Shown: in pieces, positions 1 to 11,900 of the stretch
Position numbering within the stretch: the first letter of the stretch is position 1
Layout of the letters: each line of letters opens with the position of its first letter
DNA from: Phoronis australis
Lineage: Eukaryota; Animalia; Phoronida
Direction of reading: 5' to 3'
Assembly: GCA_002633005.1 (NCBI GenBank)
Contig: NMRA01000129.1
Span: 686,570 to 750,569, forward strand
Length of the DNA: 64,000 nucleotides
Notes under the pieces: model-generated
Databases searched by the model: none
Seen by the model: the letters and a program-made list of their open reading frames with translations, nothing else
Told to the model about the DNA's origin: nothing
Program-made: the position numbers and the translations under genes

Positions 1-460
1 ATTTATAATTGCAGAACAAACACTCAGAATCCAAATGGCATTTCTGTTAAAAAATACTGTCAAACACTTTTAACACAAAAATCTCTTGTTGAAAAACTAG
101 CATGTTCTGAAGTTTGAAAGGTTGTCGAAAAAACGGCATCCAGCCATGGCCACAGGTAAGTATGTAAAGGAATTACCAGTGTAATTGTCAAGTTTGTTGA
201 CTAAATTGACAGAGAAAAAACTGGTTGTCTGGTTCTATACCGGTACTTCAAGACTTTCGCTTGATGAAAAAGCGACAAAATAAAACCGAAGATAAAGCAA
301 TGACATTAGGCTGATAACTACAACACTTTATCAAAACTCAGTCAAGTGGACGACAGGAAATTCCCAATGCAAACTCTCGCAGCAAGACTCGGGGTCGTGC
401 GGGAGATGCATGTCTAGATTTCTATGCAACATAGTAACAAGGTAATTTCCCCGGTAACTC

Positions 461-462
<2 letters not shown>

Positions 463-506
<44 letters not shown>

Positions 507-529
507 GTTATTATTATTATTATTATTAT
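463..529. repeat. (TTA)n microsatellite, probably the 3' tail of the adjacent minus-strand LINE
   Basis: About 22 TTA units directly abutting the 3' end of the minus-strand LINE fragment; they produce the spurious poly-Leu ORF 424-687. Confidence 0.9.
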
Positions 530-1901
530 TTATTTGTTATAGTGACATAAGGGTGACAGTAAATACAATCTCAAAGACAGAATATTCCCCACACCCCTCC
601 CCCTCCCCAGCCTCTATGGGCTTACTCAGTCACCTAATAATAATTAAACCATTACATATCATATCAAATATGACCAGTTCAGACTAGTTTATAAACAAGT
701 AATACTTCTTACCAGCAAAGCGTCTTGAATGAATTTAGCTAGACCTTTCAAGTTATTTCGGAATATTTGAGGTAGGGCAGCATCCCGTATAAACATGGTC
801 GAATATGAGTATATTTTCACAACCAAAAATGAAATGATCATCATCTTCAATTCCATTTTTACAAACACGACAAATCCGTTCATTCACAGGAATTCCTAAG
901 TACCGTCCCACCTCAACCTCTAATGGTAGCGCCCTGCTCTCAATCGAGCTATGACGGACCTCTGAGACACCGGCAAACGTAAATACTCTTCTACACAATA
1001 GCCATTCTTATCAGATCCATATAAGCACAGTTTTGGTTTCTCAGTGATTATTTTTAACCAGTTTAACTCTTCTAACTGGAACCTGAATGTTTTGAAGTTT
1101 TCGAGAGACACAATTTGTTTGTTCCTGAAATTTTCTAAAAAAACGCATATCTCGATAATTTTAAATATTGAACTTGACCAATTGCAGGAGTTCCGATGTT
1201 TAAGGTCCCATAAAAAGACTTTCTTTGCAATTCTGCTTTCATCCGTTAGAATTAAACGATTCCAGAGCCTTAGCACATTTTTATGTTGTTTGCAGTGCGA
1301 ATTTGGCCAACCCGAGTCGCCATTAAGTACTGAAATGGCAGCATACTTGTGGACCCCTGAAAATATACGTAGTGCTCACGTTCTGATCATTACGCATTTG
1401 GAGTATTGAGAGTATCCCCAAATTCCTGATCCATATTCTAGAACTGAAACTACCGACATTTCAAAACATTTACTGTAACTGTTCAAACCCATGTTACCAA
1501 TATGTTTGTACTTGCCCACCAGAGCTCCCCATCATTCTGGACGCGGAGTCTGCCAGTATCTTAGCTGTCAAACTGAAATCCATAAACTCATTCTGAGTTA
1601 CACCCAGATACCATATAACATTCTCTTAAATTCACAATGCGATCGCACAAAATGAATTCAAAACTCGTTCTTACATGTCCGCTCTTGCGAAAATGAACCA
1701 AATCAGTGTTGGAAAAAATTACAGACATTTGCCACCTTGCACACCAATTAGTCACTCAATACCTTCAGTAAATCATGCAAATAGATTTCATTACCACAAA
1801 AAATCACAATGTCATCTGTTGTCATGTTACAACTGTTCAAATCATTAATCAAATCATTTATGAAAATTGAAAACAATATAGGCGACAGTGAATCTCCCTG
1901 C
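530..1901 (-). mobile_element. Degenerate 5'-truncated non-LTR retrotransposon (CR1/L2/Daphne-like), RT C-terminal half; continues at 7392-7410
   Basis: Minus-strand frames give RT motif (GVRQG)DSLSPILFSIFINDL and C-terminal motifs LRLWNRL..SRIAKKVF and LPLEVEVGRY..ERICRVCKNGIEDDDHFIFGC, broken by frameshifts. The GVRQG motif is split by the LTR insertion. Confidence 0.85.
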
Positions 1902-2046
1902 TGTTATAGTATCGTATTACTATATAGCGTAGTCATATATTGCTGTGAATGAAGTAGTTCTCTCGGTACTTAGACTTCAAATATAAACCTACTGTTCTAA
2001 ACCTGGTGTCTTCATTATCGCCTCTAACCGGCCAGCTAATACTTCA
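1902..2046 (+). repeat. 5' LTR (145 bp)
   Basis: TGTTATAG...ACTTCA; differs from the 3' LTR by about 5 substitutions and one 5-bp indel. Confidence 0.95.
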
Positions 2047-2059
2047 TGGTGGCAACGGT
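2047..2059 (+). promoter_or_regulatory. Primer binding site, likely tRNA-Leu
   Basis: TGGTGGCAACGGT immediately after the 5' LTR; one mismatch to TGGTGGCAGCGGT, the complement of a tRNA-Leu 3' end. Confidence 0.7.
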
Positions 2060-2497
2060 AAAAACACAATCATACCTGTGACTGCCAGGACCGATGTTGT
2101 GCAACTAAATTGACTTTGGAGACATGCAGAAACTATTTTTCGTGCATCTACAGGGAGCCGGACAACGTGAAGCCGCGACGCGCGTTTGTCTGCAAACCCT
2201 ATAGTACCTGTCCGTCAACCAGCAGACGCAAATTCGTAAGTGCAAGAAACGAGTGTTCTGCACGGACAATCGGTATTCAGTGATAATAATACTACCCACG
2301 TTTTATTCCTGTCCCGGAGGATAGGAGAAGAAAGGAATTCATTGTCACGCGGACCGACACCTAATCGCCATTGTCCATCGCAGACTGTGCTTGAAATTTT
2401 TCACTCCCACATTCCCAGACGACATATAATTAGATCAGTGCTGGTGACCCTCTGCGACCTCTGTGCCTGTGACATTGGACCCCGGATCATAACAAAT

Positions 2498-2980
2498 ATG
2501 GCGGCCTCCATACCGAAGATGGCCTGGGACGGCGACGATCTCAGTGAAAACCTTGCGTTGTTTAAACAGAAAATGACACTATACATAGAAGACGAGGAAA
2601 TAGTGGACGCACGTAAGCAGGCACGTAAAATCCTCCGTGGTATCGGGGATGAAGGTTTAAAACGACTGAATACCAGTGGGTTAACCGACGCTGACAAAAG
2701 TAAACCTGCTGAACTTTGGAAATTTTTTGAGAGTCAGCTAAGGGTATCAGTTGATTTCCGTATACACCGCCTACAACTGATGCAGTATAGGCAAAAACCC
2801 AATGAAAACCTTGATGACTTTGTAACCCGTGCACGCACATTGGCCCTGAAATGTGATTTTTCGGATGAAGAACTTGGTGAACGTGTGCTGGAACTCATCA
2901 TAGCCAGTACCCCATACGATGCCTTCCGCACAGAGTTGTATGGAAAACCTATAGGGGTGCCAAACTATCTGACATACTAG
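2498..2980 (+). CDS. Gypsy gag, N-terminal part; frameshifted near 2955 relative to the downstream gag-pol frame
   Basis: MAASIPKMAWDGDDL...YRQKPNENLDDFVTRARTLALKCDF (retrotransposon gag Q..E..DF..R motif). The reading continues as AKLSDILVEGRKYEAM in the frame of 3004. Confidence 0.85.
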   Translation: MAASIPKMAWDGDDLSENLALFKQKMTLYIEDEEIVDARKQARKILRGIGDEGLKRLNTSGLTDADKSKPAELWKFFESQLRVSVDFRIHRLQLMQYRQKPNENLDDFVTRARTLALKCDFSDEELGERVLELIIASTPYDAFRTELYGKPIGVPNYLTY

Positions 2981-3003
2981 TTGAGGGTCGGAAGTACGAA
3001 GCC

Positions 3004-5604
3004 ATGAGCGCGGGCAACAATCAATTGCAGCAGATGGGCCTTGCCACTGTAAAAGTTCATGACGTGACCAGGGAAAGCCGAAACCGATCCTGCAGAAACT
3101 GCGGGCTGGACCACAAACCCAGACAATGTCCAGCCTACTTCGACACGTGTGAGTCATGTGGATTCAAGGTGCACTGGGCAGCTTGCTGTAGGAAAAAACG
3201 AAAAGCACAACATAAACAACAACAGCAGCAACAGCGACGTCATTTTTCCCGAGGACGACGCAGCAAATCGAAAACTCGGTCTGATCAGAACCACGACTCG
3301 CACCGGCAGAAGAAGTCTCACAAAAACATCGATGCTATTGACGACACTGACGACGAGACCTACCAAAAGCATTTCTATTCGGTCACTGTGAGCACTAAAT
3401 GCCTAGATAGTATGACACGAAATGAAGCATACACCACCCTTAACATCAAACCACCCAACATGAACTCCTCAATCAGCCACACACTGAAATTGAAGATAGA
3501 TTCTGGTGCGTCAGGCAACACATTACCACTTCGTACTTTCAGACAGATGTTTGGCCAGTCCCCAGACATGCTCAAGATCCTGCATCCTGCGCAACACATA
3601 ACACTCACCTCACACAGCGGTGACACCATCCCATGTCTTGGCCAGATCAATATTGATTGCCAGTACCGTGATTCTACATGGGTCCCTGCAACGTTCTATG
3701 TTGCGGATGTACCTGGCCCAGCTGTTGTCGGTCTTCCTACTTGTGAGAAACTCAGGCTCTTCACAATACATGCCGACACTATGAAGACGACACGCTTCAC
3801 TACCAAAAAACAGCTGAAGAACTCATACCCTGATCAGTTTGATAAAATTGGTAGCTTTGATGGCAAGGCAAAGCTTCTTCTCAAACCGGATGCGGAACCG
3901 TTTATCGACCCCCCACGAAAGATCAGCATCCACCTGCGCGATAAAGTCAGGCAAGAAATTGAAAACTTAATCCAACAGGGTGTGCTACGCAAGGTGGATG
4001 AACACACCGACTGGTGCTCTAGCCTCGTATACGGCACGAAGAAAGATGGGTCACTTCGTGTCTGCATAGACCCCCAGAAACTTAACAAGAGTCTGAAACG
4101 CTTTCCACACAAAACACCAACCCTGGAAGAGCTGAATCCAGAATTCGCAAACGCAAAGTCCTTCAGCAAACTTGACGCCAAGGCCGGATATTGGTCCGTT
4201 CACCTCGATGAACAATCTCAACTGCTGACAACCTGTCGTACTCCATTTGGCAGAGTATGTTGGACCAGACTTCCATTTGGCCTCAGCGTATCTCAAGACA
4301 TAATCCAAGCGAGAATGGACCAAATTCTCGAAGGACTCAGTGGTGTTGTCAACATTGCCGACGATGTGGCAGTATTCGGTAAAGACGAAGAAGATCATGA
4401 TCGCAACTTACGCTGTCTTATGGAACGAGCTGCACAAACTGGTCTCGTTTTTAATAGCTCAAAATGCGTAATCAAGCAGCGTACCATATCCTTCTTTGGC
4501 AACCTATACACAGAGTCTGGGATAAAACCTGACCCCTCTAAAATCCGTGACATTCAGCAGATGCCTACACCGCAGAACAAGGAAGACTTACAGCGTTTCC
4601 TAGGCATGCTGAATTACCTTTCCAAATACATCCCCAGATTTGCAGACAAAGCACACACACTACGCAACCTTCCGAAATCTGAAACACCCTGGATGTGGGA
4701 TGCGTCCTATCAGCAATGCTACGATGATCTCAAGCGTCTGGTCAGCACTGATTGCCAACTGTCCTACTACGACCCGCAAAAAGCAATATTACTTGAAGTT
4801 GACGCATCTCAGAAGGGACTAGGAGTGGCACTGACTCAAGATGCCAAACCAGTAGCATTTGGGTCCAAAACGCTCACCGACTGTCAGTCTCGATATTCCA
4901 ACATCGAGCGCAAAATGTTAGCCATTTTGTATGGCGTACAGAGGTATCACACCTACTTGTACGGAACCTCATTCCTCGTGATAACTGACCATAAGCCGCT
5001 TGTCAGTATATGTTCGAAACCACTCCACTCAGCTCCACCACGGTTGCAACGAATGCTACTAAAGATACAAGGGTGCAACTTCCAGGTAGTATACAGACCA
5101 GGTAGCCAGATGACTCTATCCGATACCCTGAGTAGACTACCAAGCCCTGAAAATGGTGCGACAATCGAATTAGATGAACGCATTGATGGTGTCAATCTCA
5201 ACCTCGATGATCCTCTGATCATTGACATGGCCATCATTAACTTCTCTGACCACAAGAGAGAGAGACTTAGAGTGGAGACCACCCAAGACTCTACGCTGAA
5301 CCTGGTCAAGGAGATTGTCTATCAAGGATGGCCTGAGACCATAAAAGACTTACCTGAACAGGCACGTCCATACTGGGCCTTCCGGGACGAACTAGTTGTC
5401 GAAGCCGGAATCCTGTTCAAGGGACGACAAGTTCTGATACCTGAACAGATGAGAGACGACATCTTACGGCAACTCAACGAAGGGCACCAAGGCGTCGAGA
5501 AGACCCGACGGTTAGCCCGAGAAAGTGTATACTGGGTAAATATCAATGCAGANACAGAGGTATCACACCTACTTGTACGGAACTTCATTCCTCGTGATAA
5601 CTGA
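3004..5604 (+). CDS. Gypsy gag zinc knuckles + aspartic protease + reverse transcriptase + RNase H
   Basis: CRNCG..H..C and CESCG..HW..C knuckles; KIDSGAS protease; LDAKAGYW, RLPFGL, IADD RT motifs; VDASQKGLG, YSNIE, TDHKPL RNase H motifs. Confidence 0.93.
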   Translation: MSAGNNQLQQMGLATVKVHDVTRESRNRSCRNCGLDHKPRQCPAYFDTCESCGFKVHWAACCRKKRKAQHKQQQQQQRRHFSRGRRSKSKTRSDQNHDSHRQKKSHKNIDAIDDTDDETYQKHFYSVTVSTKCLDSMTRNEAYTTLNIKPPNMNSSISHTLKLKIDSGASGNTLPLRTFRQMFGQSPDMLKILHPAQHITLTSHSGDTIPCLGQINIDCQYRDSTWVPATFYVADVPGPAVVGLPTCEKLRLFTIHADTMKTTRFTTKKQLKNSYPDQFDKIGSFDGKAKLLLKPDAEPFIDPPRKISIHLRDKVRQEIENLIQQGVLRKVDEHTDWCSSLVYGTKKDGSLRVCIDPQKLNKSLKRFPHKTPTLEELNPEFANAKSFSKLDAKAGYWSVHLDEQSQLLTTCRTPFGRVCWTRLPFGLSVSQDIIQARMDQILEGLSGVVNIADDVAVFGKDEEDHDRNLRCLMERAAQTGLVFNSSKCVIKQRTISFFGNLYTESGIKPDPSKIRDIQQMPTPQNKEDLQRFLGMLNYLSKYIPRFADKAHTLRNLPKSETPWMWDASYQQCYDDLKRLVSTDCQLSYYDPQKAILLEVDASQKGLGVALTQDAKPVAFGSKTLTDCQSRYSNIERKMLAILYGVQRYHTYLYGTSFLVITDHKPLVSICSKPLHSAPPRLQRMLLKIQGCNFQVVYRPGSQMTLSDTLSRLPSPENGATIELDERIDGVNLNLDDPLIIDMAIINFSDHKRERLRVETTQDSTLNLVKEIVYQGWPETIKDLPEQARPYWAFRDELVVEAGILFKGRQVLIPEQMRDDILRQLNEGHQGVEKTRRLARESVYWVNINAXTEVSHLLVRNFIPRDN

Positions 5605-6163
5605 CCATAAGCCGCTTGTCAGTATATGTTAGAAACCACTCCACTCAGCTCCAACACGGTTGCAAAGAATGCTGATAAAGATACAAGGATACAACTTCCA
5701 GGTAGTCTACAGACCAGGTAGACAGATGACTCTAGTTGATACCCTGAGTAGACTACCAAGCCCTGAAAATGGTGCGACAATCGAGTGAACGCATTGATGG
5801 TGTCAATCTCAACCTCGATGATCCTTTGATCATTGACATGGCCATCATTAACTTCTCTGACCACAAGAGAGAGAGACTTAGAGTGGAGATCACCCAAGAC
5901 TCTACGCTGAACCTGATCAAGGAGATTGTCTATCGAGGATGGCCTGAGACCATAAAAGACTTACCTGAGCAGGTACGTCCATACTGGGCCTTCAGGGACG
6001 AACTAGCTGTCGAAGCTGGAATCCTGTTCAAGGGACGACAAGTTCTGATACCTGAACAGATGAGAGACGACATCTTACGGCAACTCCACGAAGGGCACCA
6101 AGGCGTCGAGAAGACCCGACGGTTGGCCCGAGAACGTGTATACTGGATAAATATCAATGCAGA
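4938..6163 (+). repeat. Tandem ~610-bp duplication inside pol (4938-5552 and 5554-6163) joined by a single N; probable assembly artefact
   Basis: Both copies start ACAGAGGTATCACACC and end ATCAATGCAGA; N at 5553; indels cluster at the start of copy 2. Confidence 0.85.
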
Positions 6164-7019
6164 CATTGAGCGACTATCCAAGTCGTGCCCACTTTGCCAG
6201 GAGTTCCAAGATGCCAATCCACGACAACCACTCAACCCCCATGATATACCTTCCAGACCATGGCAGTTAATCGCATCTGACCTATTCGAGATTGATGGCA
6301 GACAATTCTTTCTGACCGTTGACAGATATTCGAAATACCCTGTAGTTGACGAAATGAAAACGTCAGTGACCAGTCATGCTATAACCACAAAGATTAGAGA
6401 CTACTGCTCTCTCTTTGGAAAACCAGACGAAATTATGACTGACAACGGACCACAATACACTGATCCAGCTTTCAAAGCATTTGTCACCTCTTGGGACATC
6501 AAGCATGTCACCAGCTCACCTCACTACTCCCGCAGCAATGGCTTCATCGAACGCCATGTAAGACACATTAAGTCTGTTTTGAAGAAGTGCATACGACAAA
6601 AGTCTGATTTCTCCTTAGCAATGCTTCAGCTCAGAGCTACTCCGATTGACGCAAAACTTCCATCACCAGCAGAATTGCTATTTGGCCGACCAGTAGTCAC
6701 GACTCTACCGAGCCGCTCTGAACCTGGTGAGGATGCACATCGCAGAAGATTGGATGAACGAGCTACAAACATGAAGGACCATCATGACAAACAATGCTTT
6801 AAACAATCGCTTCCAAGTTTGTTTCGTGGTCAGCATGTTAGAATCCTCGACAAAGAAACCAATACTTGGTTCCCGGGTACCATCGTACACCAAGATGAGA
6901 ATCCGGACAGTTATATCGTCGAAACCCCAAACGACACTAGGCTGCGCCGAAATAGACATCATTTGCGAGACATGATGCCGAAACGTGTTCATTTCAGCGA
7001 CGACACGCCTACTCACTGA
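5769..7019 (+). CDS. Gypsy integrase (HHCC zinc finger + DDE core)
   Basis: LHEGHQG..CPLCQ, IASDLF, TDNGPQY, SNGFIER, SPAELLFGR. Confidence 0.92.
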   Translation: MVRQSSERIDGVNLNLDDPLIIDMAIINFSDHKRERLRVEITQDSTLNLIKEIVYRGWPETIKDLPEQVRPYWAFRDELAVEAGILFKGRQVLIPEQMRDDILRQLHEGHQGVEKTRRLARERVYWININADIERLSKSCPLCQEFQDANPRQPLNPHDIPSRPWQLIASDLFEIDGRQFFLTVDRYSKYPVVDEMKTSVTSHAITTKIRDYCSLFGKPDEIMTDNGPQYTDPAFKAFVTSWDIKHVTSSPHYSRSNGFIERHVRHIKSVLKKCIRQKSDFSLAMLQLRATPIDAKLPSPAELLFGRPVVTTLPSRSEPGEDAHRRRLDERATNMKDHHDKQCFKQSLPSLFRGQHVRILDKETNTWFPGTIVHQDENPDSYIVETPNDTRLRRNRHHLRDMMPKRVHFSDDTPTH

Positions 7020-7251
7020 ACATCTACTGCGACATCAGAGGACTCTCGCAGTCCATCATCAGGAGATCTGAGCGAAAGACTTCAAGACCATCTCGCTACA
7101 AGGATTTTGTTTAAATATTAGGACACTAGCTTACTAAGATATAATATGCGTAATCATACTTACTTACTTAGCACCTGCTACAAGATCAAGTTATCACCAT
7201 TGATCATTACGTTCTAACCGTATTATAACCGCATTTACTAAAGAGGGGGGA

Positions 7252-7391
7252 TGTTGTAGTATCGTATTACTATGTAGTCATAAATTCCTGTGAATGAAGT
7301 AGTTCTCTCGGTACTTAGTCTTCAAATATAAACCTACTGTTCTAAACCTGGTGTCTTCATTATCGCCTCTAACCGGCCAGATAATACTTCA
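7252..7391 (+). repeat. 3' LTR (140 bp), preceded by a polypurine tract
   Basis: TGTTGTAG...ACTTCA followed by TSD CCTGC; PPT at about 7240-7251. Confidence 0.95.
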
Positions 7392-7410
7392 CCTGCCTGA
7401 CCCTTCTTCA

Positions 7411-8820
7411 ATTTAGCTGTAGAATGGCATTTTCTAAAAGTTTTACAGAGACAAAATAGGTTTTCAGTGGTATTGTTACAGCACTAGAATAACGTTTTTG
7501 ACATGTGCCATTGTGAATGTACAGCGTAAGTCATGTACACTGTGTATACACCTATGGTGCTTTAGACCCTGTGAAGGCATCAGTTATAGCATTCAGTCTT
7601 CGATGAGAGCCTCTGCATGAAAAAAGTTGTTAAAAATCACTCAACACTGTAAATTTCCGGGAATCAACACATAGGGGCGTCCTTAAAAACTCTGAAAACG
7701 TTTATCAAAAGAAACGTGATGACATTTAGCATGACTTGGAATTCGATAGCAATGCTTCCGGACGACATTAACTATTCTCTGATTGAACTTCGCAATTTCA
7801 CGACGAGTGCAACTTTAACATAACCCCATAAAACCGTCATCACTACCCAGGCAGACACCTGAAACATATAAAATGACATGTTTTTTACCCGTTACCACTA
7901 GACACTACACCATTGACCACTTGTCGAAGAAACTGATATAAGAAAGTGTTTTTAAAGAGTCACGTAGGCCTAAAGCGCTCATACTTTGGTTTGTAATACA
8001 GTTTTAGAGCTTTTTAATGCAGCGATTTAGACCTTGTCCTCGCGATTGCGCTTCAAAACTTTTTCTTCATAGAGTTTTCGTTTTCGTATCATTTTTCCTG
8101 TCTACACAAATACCCGAGACGTAACATTTTCTTTGCTTGTTCAGAAAGTATAACTTCAAAGTTTTCCATCCAAAAGAATACACTAATGGGGTTGTGGTTT
8201 GCGTTGTCAAAACGTTTCGTTATCGCCATCTACGCGAGCGCATGGAAAACTGCGTTTATAAAAAGGTAACATGGAAAGCGTTTTCATTAAATTGCGATTC
8301 GTTGTCATTTTAGTGGAAACATGAATACGAAAGGCAAACAAGTTAGTATAGTTACGACATAACTTGTCGGAACGAATTCTTTAAAGCGTAATGCATAAGC
8401 TAGGAATCAATATTGGTTTCTAGTGCATAAGTAGTGGGGGAGAGTTGCTAAGTCGTGGGAACGGGTTAGTTAAAAGGATACCAAACCCGGTTTCGGACTA
8501 ACAGATATTGAAAATGACTTTTTCGTCCATTTCTCTGAAACAACATAATGCCCCGTGTAACCCTCGACAACCCTGAAAAGTGTTTAAAAATTTAGTGCAA
8601 AATTTCTAAAACTTCTTACAAAGTCTGCTAAACGGGCAAGCGTGACCTACGCTTTAGGCGACCACCCACCAAGAATCATAGTACCCAATGTGTCTTAAAG
8701 AGTATGGATATTTACTTGAATTCGACTTTTATCATACAAGTGGGACTCCAGTTATGCATTAGCAGAAGCAGGCTTTAGTGCCCTTTTAACAATTCATTCC
8801 TACTGGGAACCGTCTATACG
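7411..8820. repeat. Segmental duplicate of ~15850-17832; other paralogous blocks are 332-460 ~ 15520-15665 and 12530-13010 ~ 22080-22530
   Basis: Long colinear, highly similar stretches read directly from the sequence. Confidence 0.9.
7664..7858 (-). pseudogene. Pseudogenised duplicate of the SLC52-like last coding exon
   Basis: Same 195-bp length and TTTCAG acceptor as 16099-16293; translates VSAWVVMTVLWGYVKVALVVKLRSSIRE*LMSSG...FKDAPMC* with a CAG>TAG stop at 7772-7774. Confidence 0.88.
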
Positions 8821-8940
8821 TCCCTTCTGGGGTTTCGTAATTATCCGATGAGTAACAAGAGCAACGCGGAGCGTTGAAATGGCCCACGAATGCATTGCAA
8901 ATAGTGTGCTTTTAGGGTTATTTATTTGTATCATAAAAAT

Positions 8941-11900
8941 GAACTAGATGGCGCAAAAACATACCATCCATCCAAAAACAAGAAAATGCCATATTTCCAA
9001 AAATCTGTCAACGAACTTCAGAGAAACAAAGGAAAACAGAATCAAATGAAATTGCCACTAGTGGGCACAGTGTCCTTTGGATCCGCCTGAAAGTCGTCGT
9101 CGTCTGTTGTTATCTTCATGTAAATACACATACTAAATTTAGTAAAGATCCTGCAGTGGGCTTAGGGGATACAACTATGGGTGCAAAACAAAACTACCAC
9201 TAGGAGGCGCAACAGTAATCAGTCACCATCATCAAAGGTCGTCTTCACACTGAGAACTTATGATTTGGTTGATACAGAGGTGGACACCAAAAACGAGATT
9301 TGAAAACAGAAAAAATGTCCACTAGGTGGTGCATAATACCTCGATTCCATCCAAAAACAGGAGGATAGCGTCATCACACCAATAGATGCCTATATTTAAA
9401 ATTTTATGAAAATCTGTCGAGGACCTTTGAAGATACTGAGTTAAACGTAAAAAAACTAAAATTGCCACTAGGGGGCACAGCAGTAGTCAGATCTGTCTGA
9501 AAGTCGTCGTCATCCGTAGTCAACATCATATAAATACACTTGCTAAATTGGGATATTCGGAAAATCTGCAATAACTAGAGGGCGTGCGTGTACTAGTGGT
9601 GATAGATTAACAGCCTCGATTTCGTGAGCCCTTTAAATAAATGGTGAAATGGCTTGCAGCCGTGCCAACTGAAGCTGAGATTCCGTAAAAAGGGTGCTTC
9701 TATGAGAGGAAGTAAGCACGACCTCATACAAAGGTAAGGTTTGTGATTATTTTAACGATTATTCCATGATTATTCTACCGATGCCTGTTAACTGTGGCAC
9801 TCGCCGATGTCGACTTCGCGGCAGTCAGTCGCCCTAGCCAGAGTCTGCTTAATCTTTGTATTTTGTGATATGTGATACGATACTTGACGTAGCAATCGGG
9901 ATCTTTTCGTACATCAAAGCATTATTATTGTTTGGAATGATTTCTAACAGTTCATCAGTGACAGTTACATCAATCAATGCTGAATATTTATGCTGTCAAC
10001 TCGAAACAGGTTAATGAGTTAAGACTACAATCGAAGCCCAATGGCAAAGGGTACATGAGTGACAAATATCCATTGCATTAGACTATTTGTTTACTCCCTA
10101 TCATATGTCTTCTGGAAATCTATTACACGTTGAAATGGAAATCTATCACGTCAGTTTTCACGTAACCTTTGGTTTTTAGGTTTGAAGGCTTGTACCGTGC
10201 AGAGGAGATATGCATCGCTTCTGCACCGTCCCTGAATGGACAAAAATTGGTTTTTAGTATTTGACTGCAGCTAACCAACAAGATCTTCNNNNNNNNNNNN
10301 NNNNNNNNNNNNNNNNNNNNNNNNNNNNNNNNNNNNNNNNNNNNNNNNNNNNNNNNNNNNNNNNNNNNNNNNNNNNNNNNNNNNNNNNNNNNNNNNNNNN
10401 NNNNNNNNNNNNNNNNNNNNNNNNNNNNNNNNNNNNNNNNNNNNNNNNNNNNNNNNNNNNNNNNNNNNNNNNNNNNNNNNNNNNNNNNNNNNNNNNNNNN
10501 NNNNNNNNNNNNNNNNNNNNNNNNNNNNNNNNNNNNNNNNNNNNNNNNNNNNNNNNNNNNNNNNNNNNNNNNNNNNNNNNNNNNNNNNNNNNNNNNNNNN
10601 NNNNNNNNNNNNNNNNNNNNNNNNNNNNNNNNNNNNNNNNNNNNNNNNNNNNNNNNNNNNNNNNNNNNNNNNNNNNNNNNNNNNNNNNNNNNNNNNNNNN
10701 NNNNNNNNNNNNNNNNNNNNNNNNNNNNNNNNNNNNNNNNNNNNNNNNNNNNNNNNNNNNNNNNNNNNNNNNNNNNNNNNNNNNNNNNNNNNNNNNNNNN
10801 NNNNNNNNNNNNNNNNNNNNNNNNNNNNNNNNNNNNNNNNNNNNNNNNNNNNNNNNNNNNNNNNNNNNNNNNNNNNNNNNNNNNNNNNNNNNNNNNNNNN
10901 NNNNNNNNNNNNNNNNNNNNNNNNNNNNNNNNNNNNNNNNNNNNNNNNNNNNNNNNNNNNNNNNNNNNNNNNNNNNNNNNNNNNNNNNNNNNNNNNNNNN
11001 NNNNNNNNNNNNNNNNNNNNNNNNNNNNNNNNNNNNNNNNNNNNNNNNNNNNNNNNNNNNNNNNNNNNNNNNNNNNNNNNNNNNNNNNNNNNNNNNNNNN
11101 NNNNNNNNNNNNNNNNNNNNNNNNNNNNNNNNNNNNNNNNNNNNNNNNNNNNNNNNNNNNNNNNNNNNNNNNNNNNNNNNNNNNNNNNNNNNNNNNNNNN
11201 NNNNNNNNNNNNNNNNNNNNNNNNNNNNNNNNNNNNNNNNNNNNNNNNNNNNNNNNNNNNNNNNNCAAGACAAAACTACTTTTGTAAGGCAGAACATACT
11301 TGACATTTCATCTTCATGTTTATGTGTAGAAACTAATAACCTTTGTACCCAAGTCTTATTTAGTATCTGAATTAAAATATGTGAAACAGGCTAAAAGTGA
11401 CTTAACAATGTGTATTTTTCATGACACTTAAAATGTGCTTCTGATCTCAACAAGTAAAATTCATTCTAGGCGTCAATTTTTTCCAATGCAATGTTTCGAC
11501 ATTTACTGAATTAAGGCTTATTCATGTTAATTCGATAACTGAGCTGGTGGTCCTGGGGGTGGGATCCACGATAAAATAAGGAAACTCACTCATCTAGAGA
11601 ATTTTATTGGAAACAGTGTATTTTTGAAGAGAAACTGCTGTGAAAAAGTCACCCTTGACTTCTGTGCATCACGTACCATACACCTCTTATTTTGGGAGCA
11701 CTCACACCCAGGACAATATGAATATGTGCTGCTAGCCTACCCGGCATCGGGTGAGTTTCATAAAAGAAACACTTAGTTCCACTCAATAAAACTGTTATTC
11801 AGTGGGGTAACTATTGGGGATAACATCACCGAACGATGTTGATAGAAACTGATTGCTAAGTAATGTTGTGTAGTCTCCGAATGGAACTGCATAGTCATAG

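Larger units (their letters stand above)
1902..7391 (+). mobile_element. Near full-length Ty3/Gypsy (Mag-like) LTR retrotransposon
   Basis: TG..CA LTRs at 1902-2046 and 7252-7391; 5-bp TSD CCTGC (1897-1901, 7392-7396); PBS TGGTGGCAACGGT; PPT AAAGAGGGGGGA; gag-PR-RT-RH-IN domain order. Confidence 0.97.

Noticed and set aside
424-687. 87-aa poly-Leu ORF resembling a signal peptide
   Set aside because: Translation of the (TTA)n microsatellite.
10123-11370. Three long ORFs of 350-381 aa
   Set aside because: They are almost entirely N-gap.
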